Below, piece after piece: positions 38,276 through 51,082 of a DNA stretch of 64,000 bases. Below the pieces are notes generated by a model. The model did not search any database and was not told where the DNA came from. It saw only the letters and a program-made list of their open reading frames with translations. The DNA is taken from assembly GCA_010405405.1 (NCBI GenBank), contig MU004239.1, positions 496,001 to 560,000 on the forward strand, read 5' to 3'. Both the position numbers and the translations under genes were made by a program. Numbering within the stretch: position 1 is the stretch's first letter; every line of letters begins with the position of its first letter. The DNA comes from Microthyrium microscopicum (Eukaryota).

Positions 38276-38936
38276 CTATGCGGGCAGAACTTGTCCTTCA
38301 TCCTCGAACACATGTTCTTTGATGCCTTCTTTGCTCACAATCTTCACATACAGTCCCTTTGAATCAATGGGTAACCGTCTCTTCAGCTCATCCGAACACA
38401 TGCGAAGAATGGTGAGTCCACGTGCCAGGTCGATATCTGGGTGGTGGTGCTTGTCGAGTAGCGACAAGCAGTAGTACTGGGCATAGCCATGTGCGGCATA
38501 TGGTATCTTGGCCTCTGTGCCTAAGTAGTCGAGCCAGTGGAGACTGGGCTCGCCAGTTTTGGGATCAACGCCGCCAAGCAGGAGATTGACGTTGTAGGGT
38601 CGCTTGGAGCGGATGGATTTGGCCAGCTCTGAGCGTACGAATGATGAGACGGCGGGGGGTGAAAGGGCGACACCGTTACGCATTGAGTAGAGCTGCACGT
38701 TGGCTTGGATGAGTTCGGCAAATTGAACTGGTCGGGTTAGTATGAGTTAGTAGAAGCTTGTTGGAGGCCAAAATACCTGTGTCTCCGGATTCACCACTGT
38801 ATGCCATGACGCTGTTCTTGTTGAGGTTGCGGGTCTTGTTGTCGGTTGCTTTGAGAACGGTAGGACCACGCATGGCAGCCTTTGAGCTGGCTATGATGAC
38901 ATAGTCTTTACCGGTGATTCCTAGGAGAACTTCCAT
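38276..38936 (-). CDS. PRE1: 20S proteasome subunit beta-4, 2 exons
   Basis: MEVLLGITGKDYVII, SGESGDTVQFAE, RSKRPYNVNLLLGG, YAAHGYAQYYCLSLLDKHHHPD, ELKRRLPID. Confidence 0.95.
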
Positions 38937-39342
38937 AATGGATGTAGAATGGAGAGCTTGGGGTGTTTTTTGAAGACGATGTTGGAGGAGCTGAGGATGA
39001 AGCTTCGGTAAGAGGTAGCTGAAGAGGTGGGAGTCGAAAAGAGATGTCGCAAACAAATTCGCTACGCTAGAATTTATGATAGAAGCTCTTCTCGAAAATT
39101 GAAAGGGTGATTGATGAGGTGGCGTTTAATTCTGGTGATTGTTCTTGTGGTGGGAGAGCCTTGGGATTGAGGATGGGGGTGGTGTTGAGACGCGGCTCTG
39201 AAGCCTAGCAAAAGCTTAGACTCGGCTTTAAGCCCCCCAGCCCTCCGGCGTTAACATTTTTTTGACTTTACTCCTCTGTGCTTCAAAATTTCTAGACTTC
39301 GAAATTCAGAGACACACCTTCGAGGTGTTGCGACTGCGAATC

Positions 39343-42140
39343 ATGGCTCATCAAATCCAAATCAAGACTACCTACGATCCCGCCAAGGTCATTCAACCAA
39401 TTTTCACTCGAGGCAATGTCGCAATCACGAGTGATGGACGACTCCTGGCCAGTTGTGTCGAAGAAGATGTGCTCATAACTGATCTGAAGACTGGCGAAGA
39501 ACTCGCCAGTATAGAAGGAGTGAGTTTCCCATATATTCAATTGCGGTCTGACATTTCTAACTTTAGGTCTTAGGACGGCGAAATAGTAACTAGTTTAGCC
39601 AGTAAGTGTTTCAATTGCGCATCGCTAATGTACATATCTCATCATTCATAGTAACACCATCCGGCTCACATATCATCCTTTGTTCCCGATCCCTTTCTAT
39701 GCGCATATACTCCCTCAAAACCCCTCAACAAGACGACAACAGCCTCGAAGCTGAGCTTGTCCGCTCCATCAAACCTCACGACACCCCCGTAGTCAGCAGC
39801 ACTGTCGATCGCAGTGGAACATTACTTGCGACTGGAGGTGCAGATGGCGTGGTCAAAGTCTGGGATATCAAAAGAGGATTCATCACACATACTTTTCATG
39901 GGCATAGTGGGCTGATATCTTCCTTGTGCTTTTTCGAGGTCGATGTGTCGGCTGTTGCTGATGATGTGAAAAAGTCCAAGAAACGTAAAAAGTCAGGAGA
40001 GATTAATGTCGAAGACATCACAAATGCAGACAAAACTGGATGGCGCCTGGCTTCGGGAGGTGATGATGGAAAAGTTCGGATATGGAATTTACACAAGAAA
40101 ACAGCTGCTGCGGTACTTGAATCGCACGTATCGGTAGTGCGCGCAATTGACTTCTCTGTCGAAGAGAATGCGCTTCTTACAGCAAGCCGGGACAAAACCG
40201 TAATGGTGTGGGACTGCAAGACGTGGAAAAACCGAATGACAGCACCTGTCCTGGAAGGGGTGGAAGCTGCTGGCTTTCTAGCAAAAGGCTCAATAGTCTA
40301 CACTGGTGGAGAAACCGGACGACTAAGACTTTGGGAAATTGATACTCGTCGGGAAATAACGCAAGATCAAGCCGCAAAGTCGGAGATGGAAGGTATACAA
40401 GATGCCATTTATCTGTCCGAACCTGAAATACTTGTCACTGTACTTGCCGACCAAACACTGGTGTTACAAAAGACAGATGGCCTGAGAAATCTCACCAGAG
40501 GCACAAAGATACCCCAGCTTCCTATTTCGAGACGGATATGTGGAACCCATGACCAGGTGGTTGATCTGGCGTACGTTGCGAGAGACAAATCATTACTTGC
40601 TGTGGCAACGAACTCGGACGATGTACGAATCGTATCTGTACGCGATAAATCTTCAGACACAGACGCGGGTTATTTTGGCTCTGAAGTTGGAATCCTCAAA
40701 GGACATGAAGATCTCATCATATCTATGGACGTTGATTGGTCTGGACATTGGCTAGCAACAGGAGCAAAAGATAACACAGCGAGGATATGGCGACTCGATC
40801 CAGAAACCAACACCTTCGAATGCTATGGAGTCCTGACTGGCCACGCAGAATCCGTTGGGGCTGTCACCCTACCACATAAAGCTCCGGCTGAAGACACTCC
40901 GGCATATCAAAATCCGCTCGAACATCCTCCAGCATTCCTCATTACAGGAGCGCAAGACAAGACCATCAAAAGATGGGAGATCCCCAAACCCAGCTCCGCA
41001 AAAGATGGCAAACTACCCAAACCTCGAGCACTATACACTCGCAAAGCCCACGACAAAGACATCAACGCCCTCGCCACTCATCCCAGCTCCAACCTGTTCG
41101 CTTCAGCCTCACAAGATCGCCTCGTCAAGATATGGGCAGTCGAAGACGGCTCCACCATCGGCGTCCTGCGCGGCCATCGTCGCGGCGTCTGGACACTCGC
41201 ATTCTCACCCGCCGGTACCCAACTTAGTATTGCCGGCGCACCCGCCACCTCCTCCAGTCGAGGCTACCTCCTCACCGGCTCTGGCGACAAGACCGTCCGC
41301 ATCTGGAGTTTGACTGACTACACCTGTCTCCTTACCCTTGAAGGCCACACAAACTCCGTCCTCAAAGTCCTCTGGCTGCCAGCCCCCTCAACCCGCCTAC
41401 CCCACGACAAGCGCGGCCCACTCGTCGCCAGCGCCGCCGCAGACACCCTCGTAAAGATATGGGACGCCAATAGCGGCGAATGCGCAACCACACTCGACAA
41501 CCACTCCGACCGCGTCTGGGCCCTGGCCGCACCCGATGCTTCCACACTCGTATCTGGCGCAGCAGACGGCGTCCTCACCTTCTGGGCCGACACCACAACC
41601 TCCACAGCCGCAAGCGCTCGCGAACGCCAAGCCCAAGCCGTCGAAGCAGACCAAACCCTCAGCAATCTAATCCACGACTCCTCCTTCCGCGAAGCCATCG
41701 TCCTCGCTCTCCAGCTTGACCAGCCAGCGCGCCTCCTCTCCTTGTTCAAGCGCGTTTCCGAGAACGCCGAAGATCCGACTTCCTTTACTGGCTCGCTAGC
41801 TGTCGATGCGGCGCTAGGATCTCTCGCTGATGCGCAACTATACCGTCTCCTGTTGCGGTGTCGAGACTGGAATGCAAATGCGCGCAGCGCAATTGTAGCC
41901 CAGCGCGTGATTCGTGCTGTCGTGGAGTCTGTCGGATTGGAGCGGTTGGCGAGTTTGAAGGCGGGAAGGACGGAGAAAGGGGCTAGTTGGGTGGAGGTTC
42001 TAAAGGGATTGCGTGTGTATGGCGAACGGCATTATGGGCGGATTTGTGATCTGTGGGATGAGAGTTTTATGGTGGAGTTTACGCTAAGGGAGATGGATGG
42101 GCTTCTAGCCTTGGATGACGAAGTTATGGTCGATGCCTAA
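39343..42140 (+). CDS. UTP13: U3 snoRNA-associated WD40 protein Utp13 (TBL3), 3 exons
   Basis: IKTTYDPAKVIQPIFTRG, many WD repeats (LATGGADGVVKVWD, AHDKDINAL, GHRRGVW), C-terminal Utp13 domain (RDWNANAR..AQRV). Confidence 0.93.
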
Positions 42141-42294
42141 AGTGTTCCATACAGGAAGAGAAATGGCGTTAATGTTGCGATACCCAGACGATCAGGATCT
42201 ATTATGAAATACCAAAAGCTATCATGTCCAACCTATATCGCTACTCGCTACCAATGATCGCTAATGAATAACTCTACTCCTTCGTCCCTATCTT

Positions 42295-45200
42295 CTAGAC
42301 TTTAACTTTCGATAGACCATCCAACGCATCGACTGCACTCTCTACAATATCCTTGACAACGCCATCTACACTCCACCCACCGACTTCACTAAACAACTCA
42401 CCAATCTCCTCGCCCGTCGCTCCAGCGCCCACGAGTTCCTGGACGACCTTCTTCCCCTCCCTCTTCACGCTATCTCGCCACGAACTGCCTGCCTCCCGTA
42501 GAACTCTGCTAGCAGCATCTACAGCGCTTGTGACGCTTTTGAGGGCTGCTATAGGTACTGATTTCGCAATCGGCGACTTTCCCTTCGTTGCAAGCGTCGC
42601 TGCGTCGACAAAGGTGCGTGCTGCTAGAAGGATGTCGTAGCGTAGATAGAAGGCATGTACGGCCTCACTGCTCGGCAACACATCATGCTCCGGAGCTTTT
42701 TCCAGTGCGGACAGGAGACCAGCAAAGGCGGTGATATCCTTGGCGATATTCTTACTGGCGCGTGTGTCGCTGGGTCCGAGGATAAGCCAGGCGACGAGCG
42801 GGAGGAGTGCGTCCCAGGCTGGTGCGATGGCTAGCTCGGCGGGTGTGAGCTGGTATGAGATGTCAGAGATGTTGGACTCTAGATAGGAGACGCTGGTGTC
42901 CAAGAGGGGTAGGAGGTATGGTTCGTGGGGTGGTTTGGTGGTTAGTAAGTGGATGAGGAGGGTGTTGGTGGTTTGGCGGGCCAGCCAGTATCGCTGGAAA
43001 TAATTAGAATTGGGGCTACAGGGAGGGTTGAAAGTAACGTACGCTTGGTTTGGGTGTGCTTAGGACAAAGGAGTCGAAGGTTTGGGTGCTGGGATACTCA
43101 TAGCTGGGTATTGTGGCAAAGTCGCGATTATCTTGAATCATCTTGTCAAAGTCAGGCGGGAGGACGGTATTGGCGGTTGATGCGCCGGTCAGGCGGTTTA
43201 GACGGTGTAGTTCGAGAATGTAGAGCGCGCGGGAGAAACTGTTCTCGATGTTGTGGCGAAACGCGTTGAACTCGGCGAATTTGTCGAAGGGGACGATGTC
43301 GAGTATGTCAGACATGAAGGTCATGGTTCTGTCTGAGGCATTTTCGAACCACTGGGCAGCGTTTGCGAGACCAACGGCTGGGGTTGAGTAATCAGCTCCC
43401 TTTTGGCTTCGATGTGATAACGATTTGGAGCAATCGAATGGGTGAGAGATTGATATTCGAGACCAGAATAGATGGCCAGTCGTATCATGTTGTACTTCCT
43501 TGACGTTTAACGGAGAAATGGCGGCGCATGCCATAGAAGTGAGGTTTAGCATTTGGCTGATGGCAATCGATAGGAGAGAAGCCGAGTAATTATGCGGCGA
43601 GTTTGAGTGGAGGAGTTGTAGAAGTGATATTGCCTGTACAAGATAGCATTGGGGAGAGACCTTCTTCGCTGGAGTACCGCCAGGTGATCTATTTGTGGGA
43701 TCGTTCTCGTCTAGTTCGTGGTCGCGAGAAAAGTGATGTAGTTTAACAAGTGCCATTACAACCAGAAGGCAGGCTTCGTCTCCGCACTCTCTGTCGATTC
43801 CAAGTGATATCTTGTACATACGCAAGGCATCGGATACGAATGCTTCTAGTGAGTCCTTTGTAGGCAGTGGAGCCTTGGATATGCATAGCAAGTATTCGAA
43901 TTTGAGAGCATTGACATTGATCATCACCCAGTCCTTTGCTTTAGACTGTGAAAGATTAGACATGAAGGTAATGTATACATATCTTCTAAACTTACCAGAT
44001 CAACATCAGACTGACCAGATTCGCTCCATGGTGTATGCGATTTTGCTTCCTCGTCGATATGATTGAGAAATTTCTCTTCTTCTGGATGAGATAAGTCTTT
44101 GAGAAACTGTCTCAAGTCGCCAAAGCAAGCCCGTCGAGAACATTGCGTCGTGAAAGTCTCAATCAGAACTGCTAATAGATTTTGTCGGTTATGCGCCGTT
44201 ATCCACATAAGGTACGCTCGAGTTGCATTTCTATCCGTGGAATTGGCGCTTAGGAAATCCTGGATCAGCGATGAGATCTCCTCTGCTGCTCTGTTCTGAT
44301 GTTAGATGAGATGACCACCAAAAAGTCAGAAAACATACTCAGGACTTGTTGGCTCTTTCTTTTGAGAATCAATCATGGCCTGCCATATGTGCCAATCATC
44401 GGCCCAACTCAGAGCCGTTATTCTGTTGTCCTGTCCTTTCTCCATATCTTCTGCCTTTCGTTTCGGAGAGCCTGATGCTTTCGCCTGTAACAATGCTTTG
44501 AGACTGCCATACGCAAAATCAAATAGCTCTTTCTGTCTGTCCAGTTTCTGCAGAACTTCAACCTTGGCCCGAATGAATTCTATATTATTAGCGCCTATTG
44601 TTGGTATTGCATCCAAAGTGGTGTTTATGTAGACCCCGAGTAAATCGCTGTATTCATTTTGCGCCGAATATATGGTATCAATTAGTCGGAGATGATGTGA
44701 GTCGGAAAGCTTTCTTTGTGTATCCTTTTTGGCGATAGTGTTATCCACAATGGCCTTAAGACTCCTGAAAGCGAGTAGTTTTAAATTTTGGGCCATTTTG
44801 TCGTCTTTTGGCATCATAGTCGCCTGCATTTGCGAGCATGCTATCCAAGCAAAATGATATTGCACCTGATTTGGGTTCTCCTTTTGGAGTCGGGCAAAAA
44901 GTTGCTGAGCCAGATCCCAGTATTCGTCTCGCCAGGCTGCTCTGAAAAGAGCCTTTCTCACAATCCTTAAATCTTGGGAATGAGCGTTATCCTGTGCTTG
45001 CTTCCAGAGTGCAGATAATGCAGGATTGAGCGTGTGGTTGAATGTCAAAGTAGCTTTTTGACACTGTGCGACCAAATATTGAATTTCCGAAAGCAATTCT
45101 GGATCCAGAGGATCTGTAGGTGCGAATTTGAGGCTCCATATGCTCTTAAGGGCTTCATCAAAGCGTCTTAGTCGCCATAAAAATTCGGCTTGTGCCAGCT

Positions 45201-45419
45201 GTTTCGTGCCTGCGTTAGCGGGAATCAACTTGAAGTAGTCGCGATCACAACAGCGGGTGTAAGAGTACGAAACAGGAAAAAAGGAATGGTAACACGCACT
45301 AAAAATTGGGTATTTGAGGGCTCTTTTTTTAGCCGCTTTTCGGACGCTTTGAGGCCTTGGTCTGGATGTTTTTGATAGCCTTCGACAAAATTCCGATACG
45401 GTAAAAGTCGAAATGCCAT
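42295..45419 (-). CDS. MDM20: NatB N-terminal acetyltransferase auxiliary subunit, multi-exon
   Basis: LKASEKRLKKEPSN, AQQLFARLQK, ACFGDLRQFL, SPHNY, LNVKEVQHDT, IQDNRDF motifs typical of NAA25/Mdm20. Confidence 0.85.
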
Positions 45420-47816
45420 TATGGTTGGTGTTGATATTGCTGCTGGCAGGCCTAATAAGGCAGAAGGTCCAGGCGGAAGGGCAAGATGTTGGATTTTCTG
45501 AATGTTCGATGGTTCAAGGCTGAAGAACTTTTTACACTTGCAAACCAAGAGGATGTTGAGCGAGTGTGGTGGTGAGACAAGTGCAGCTTTACTATGAGGA
45601 TAATTTTACGAGTCGACGGACATGGTTTCGCCGTGAACTAGTAGTTTGATGGGAAAGAAATGGGCTGGCTCGCTTGATAGGATCGCATAGGCTGGTCTGG
45701 TAGTCCGGCGTTTCAACGTCATTGACGGTGATTTGGGCAAGAGAAAACTGGCGCTATAACAAGAATAAAGCGGTTGATCTTGTAGGGCGCGCGGTGGAGG
45801 AAGCTGGAGCCTGGAGAGATGAAGATAAAATAATAAGGGACGTAAGGTTTTGGCATAAAGTTGATGCAGGAGTAGGAGTGAGAGGCGAGGTCCTTCCAGG
45901 CACGCCAGGTTAGATCAAGATGCTGGTAGAAATCGCGGCCAGTTGGTGGGTGGTGCTGGGGAATCAGGATACCTACAGTACGCAGCATCAAAGCTCTGTG
46001 TGGGAGACCATTCCTATTTTGAACAGTGTGATGTGTTGGGTAAGAGTCTTAGGCGGAAAACAGGCCCGGAACAAGCGTTGGAGAAGGAGTATAAGTGCGA
46101 GGTTATGGTCGTTGAGAAAAGACATGTACAGCTTATGGTAGAGGTACCTTCATCAGCAAGTAGTAAGTACAAGCTAGTACTTAGCGAGGCACGCGATAAA
46201 ACGGAATAAGCAGTCAGTTCTAAAGATTAGTGCCCGCACTTTGATATAAAAGCTTGATATGCTCTCGATTATCCACCTATTCTCATTCTAACCACCAGAC
46301 CTGTACCACCAAAATTGACCAACAGGTTGTGGAGATAGACAGATATTTCCTCTTTCTCTGTGGAATACATGATGATATGTACCTCAGCGGGTCAGGTACC
46401 TGATGCAAACTCTTGTTCCATGCAACAATTACCTAGTTCGTCTAGATCCTCCCAGTTTTGTATGCATAAGCCTGACGGGTTCCGGCAGCCACGGTCTCCA
46501 ATTGCGAGGCCAGACAGACAGCCGGTAGTAGATACATGCATAAAAATGTTGCTTTTTGCTGCTATACTCCAATCCCCCAGGAGGACCCGCAAATCGTCTC
46601 AAAGATCCTCGGCTTTGCATCTCATGCCCAGCATACTGCATGCACGAAATTATAGATATTGCCCGCAATTATGCTAATTCTACATGGTTCTAGCCTACTA
46701 AGCTAACTAGTCATATCCCTAAATACTCGTATCTCCATTCAATTCTGATGCCTCTCTTTTCGGTTCGTACTGTCTACCTAACTCAGTCTGTGCTTTTCGC
46801 CGCTGGCTAAGTTTAGTACTTTGTAGTACTCTAGACTGACTATCTGTAGCCGAACCCCCTGTGCAATCTGAGCAAAAAATCCAGGGCATATAATTTCCAT
46901 CAGATAATCACTATCCTAGACAATATGTCGGCTGCCACCGTGTTATCAGCCGGCGATAGATCGATTGATTGCCCTTGGAAGATCAAGCACTTCACTCCCA
47001 TCTCATTGCATCTTTTCTCATTCTTGGATTCTCTGATCGTGGTCCATCCTAGAACTCGAGACGTTTCCGAACATCGGCCTATTCTGTGGCCAAAAAAGAG
47101 AGGTACTTTGTAGGACCCGCCATGCATTGCAGATGCGGTGCACACGGTGCTTGATCGCTTCGTGGTCATGTACGACACAAAAATCCGAGATTGGTGACCA
47201 ACACATTCAGGCAAATGTCCTAATTGTCGCGCAATTGCAATAGGCTCTATATCACCCGCCGCCGTAGCGCAGTCCAGTGTGAACTTGGCCTTGCCTGTCA
47301 ATTTGCTTAGACTCGGTTTAGCATTGCAGATTGATCTTCAAGTCCATAGTAATTCGAACCCTAATAGTACATTGCTATGCATTCTCAAAGTCTGTTGGTA
47401 CAAATGATCATTAGCGCAATGAGAAGATGAAGAACACGAAATGTGCTTCATAACGCTATAGTGAGACATGCGCGATGCTTAGCATAAATCCATCAGATTG
47501 CCCATGAGTCAAGCTATGATCTCCTCATCTCAGACGTTCGCTTCTGCCATGCACTAGCCGAAGCTGGTGTAGAGTGATAATGGTAGGCCCGGACAAAATA
47601 AATACACAGCTGATTTTAGATGAACGGTGAGGAGAGAGTTCCAAATGCATTATCCATCGCAGGTAAGGCAAAGTGTGGGATCAAACCACATACCTGGTTG
47701 GATTATGGGGCCAGATGTATGGAGCACATTGATTTGCCCAAGGTGATGAAAGGGGTTATATGGGGTGAAAGTGGCGAGGATAAAACATCAGTCGATGAGA
47801 TGTATTTCTGGTCTCA

Positions 47817-48260
47817 TTACGACCAGTTGAAGAAGTTTTTGGCTTTCTCTTCTCGCCATTTTGCCGTCTAGAAACCGCGTGTTAGTCTGGGACTTTGACT
47901 GATGTTGTTGAGTATAGGTTTTTTACTGACCCATTGCTTTTTACAATCTCGGTATTGTCTACGAGTAGTTAGTTTGGACTGCGTGAATCTTTGACATGGT
48001 ATACGTGTGATTGACGGAGTGGTCATACTCAAAATAGTCCCTGCAGAATTCTCGATCCCCATCGTTGCGTGTCAAACAGCGATATGTCCGCTCTGCCGCT
48101 TCTTGGCACGGGTCGTAGTATTTGCTGACATCTTTTCTGTTGGCGGTGACCTTCAGTATGGTGGTGGCGATTGAGATGATGGTGATACATACGCCTCGAA
48201 GGCTTTAGAGTTTTCCTTCGTCCAGGGGTCCTTCTCCTTCTTTGGGTCACTGGGTTCCAT
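47817..48260 (-). CDS. COX23: Cytochrome c oxidase assembly factor Cox23 (twin-Cys mitochondrial IMS protein), 4 exons
   Basis: Spliced product MEPSDPKKEKDPWTKENSKAFEA|KDVSKYYDPCQEAAERTYRCLTRNDGDREFCRDYFE|QYRDCKKQW|TAKWREEKAKNFFNWS*. Three GT-AG introns. Confidence 0.88.
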
Positions 48261-49419
48261 AATAGGTGATAACGAGGTTGGCTCTGGGTTAGAGGTCAGC
48301 AATGCAGCTGGAGGAATGTGTTGAGGCTCGAGAAGATCAAATGCTCCGCAGAACTCTAACTTGATCGACTTTGCCCATTTTCCATGGCCCCTGCCAGACA
48401 GTCCAATGCAACCCCCTCAACAATTCTGTGAATGGGACAATTATTTCTGCTTATTTCTTCTTAGAAAAGATCTCTATCTTATCCAATCATGAGATTTCAA
48501 CGTCCATTCGTCTCGGGTTCTGTACGTCTCGCTGGTTGCTCCCACCGCGAATGGATATGATTCTATTGCCAACTCAAGGAACATAATGATATTGATGGGC
48601 ACTAACCAAATTTCAGAACATGATAAAGTGAATACATCTCTGCTAGATCCTAAATACAACTAGTTTAGTCAACTGGATACTCTTGAGCTCCGTCGAACTA
48701 ATTCACAAAACGGCTCCGAGCATATTGCTGCATACAACTACCATCCCTCTCACATTGGGCCATAGAGAATAACTCGACTAAATCAAGACTTATGTGGTCG
48801 TTAATGGTATGTTTCAACCCAAGGTCTGTTTGATCTTGATATGAGATGGTGAAAAAGTTATCTGCAAAGATGTTGTCATTTGTCCGAACACAGGACTCAG
48901 GAGTAACGACCGCTGATATAGTCACTGCAATAGTTGTGGCTGTTAGTTTCTTTGTGTATGTCAGTGTCTCTGAAGTGAGATTCAGGATCTATGGGGTAAA
49001 AACAAAGATGTTGAATTGAATTTGTCAGCTTCTTGAAGGAATAGTGAACTTGTTTCTAGCGGCACACTTCTACGGCCGTGGAAGCTGACCCGTCCCGGTT
49101 TGGTAGCCAATAACCACCACAATGGCCTTATGTTTACAGCCTTTTGAGTGCTTGATCCAAAGAAAGCCAGGGATCATGATCGCGAAGGTAACGAATCCCT
49201 GAATTTTGTATGCTATCGTAGTTTGAAAAATGGCTGTAATGGCTTAGCTTAGACAAGCCTCAAGAACTTGACTTCAATGTTCACAAATCGTGAACAGTCA
49301 AAACCATGTTAGAGGATTATTGTATATAAAGGTGGTAGTTCTCAGTTGTAAATCATGATTGTATCCAAGCATCAAGCACAATATCTCAACTTATCAATAC
49401 CGCTGACCATCAATTCATA

Positions 49420-50342
49420 ATGGCTGCTCCCTTACCATCTGCAACCACCAAGTGGCATACGGACACCTACGAGGCTCTGTCCCCCAGACGTCCTGAACTC
49501 TCTGCTAAGGGGAAGACCGTTCTAATAACAGGTGGAGGAACGGGCATTGGCGCAGAGACCGCTCTCTACTTTGCCGAAGCAGGAGCAGCTCGAATAGCTC
49601 TCCTTGGCCGCCGAGAGCAACCCCTTCTCGACACGAAAGCCAAGATCGAGAAGAAGTTCGCCGGTATCGAGGTCTTCGTAGCCTCGACAGACATCACCAA
49701 CCAGAGCGCCGTTAACGACGCCTTTGCAAAGTTTGCCGGCGCCTCCAAAATCGACGTTTTTGTCAGCAACGCAGCTCTGCTTGGACCTCCAGAATCCGTC
49801 AATGATGTCGAAGCCGACAAGCTCATCGACGCTGTCCAGGCAAATCTCAAAGGAGCAATGTACGTCGCGCAAGCATTTCTGCGATATGCATCGCCAGATG
49901 CTGTGGCTATCAATGTAACTACAGCTATGGCACATTTGAATATGGTTCCAGGGTTTCAATCATACAACGTGTCCAAATTGGCCGTCTTTCGACTTTGGGA
50001 TTCTCTGGCCTTTGTGAACCCAAAGCTGCGCGTTTTTCACATGCATCCTGGGGTAGTGGACACTGCGCTGAGTAGGGAAGCTGGTGGTGTCGAGTCTTTT
50101 GGCATGGATGATAAAGGTATGTAATCCTCCAGGCGCCTGATCGGGATTCTGACGGTGAATTAGTTGCTCTGCCTGCAAGCTTTGCTGTTTGGCTTTCGAG
50201 CGATGAAGCACGCTTCTTGAAGGGCAAGTTCTGCTGGGCTAATTGGGACGTCGATGAGCTCAAGGCAAAGGCGAAGGCAATTGAGGCGAGCCCACAGCTC
50301 AGCATTCAACTCGTGGGATGGCCATTTGAGAAAGGCAGTTGA
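49420..50342 (+). CDS. Short-chain dehydrogenase/reductase, 2 exons
   Basis: TGGGTGIG, VSNAA, YNVSK (YxxxK), HPGVVDT. Intron 50117-50163, then LPASFAVWLSSDEARFLKGKFCWANWDVDEL. TATATAAA at 49323. Confidence 0.92.
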
Positions 50343-51082
50343 ACAGCTCAGGTTTCACTGTTCAGAGTGCTCTCAGCGCTGGTATTGCTTTCGAAAATAC
50401 TGGCTGAGAGCTGCAAGTCTCGCAGTTGAGAATGGACGATGCCAACCGATAGCAAACGTTCTTGAGCATGGTAATGGCCGCAACAGGTAAATAGATAGAA
50501 AATCAATACGACTCGACGCGCTCACTATTTCAGTTGATGTTGCAGACAAGAGTTCCAAAGATCAATACATCTTGATTAAATGTGTAGATGGATTTCGATA
50601 TGCCCGAGTATCCGATCGATAGCCTGGTGGGTCGTGCCTTCCTCAACATGTCTCAAGGTCTCTTCCGGCAGGTGCATCCCAGCACTGTCCCAACTCCTCC
50701 AAAACTCTCCACCACCCCAACACCACATCTATATCGACTTCGTCTACCCCATAATCACCTTCTATTCTCTCCCTCCTCCTGCTCGCAATTCATTGCACTT
50801 TTCCAAAGCGTGTTCTGGCATATCCCGCACTTTTTCTCATCGAGCACGTGCACTCAGTCTCCTCACCCTCTATTGGCTGCTCGACGCGCAGCTGTACGCC
50901 GCTTTAGTCGCTTTGCCTACTCCAACCCGAATTGGACTGCACTTCTCCACTTCTGCCACTCGTCTGCTCACCTCTCACTATCCGTGCTAATCTTCAATCT
51001 ACACTGGACCCAAAGCCTTCCGTATCTTCTCCCTCTTCTCCGCCGCACAGTCATGGTGCAAGTTCTCATATAAGCTCTTCAA

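Noticed and set aside
45600..47600. Short ORFs between MDM20 and COX23
   Set aside because: No recognisable motif or consistent exon chain.
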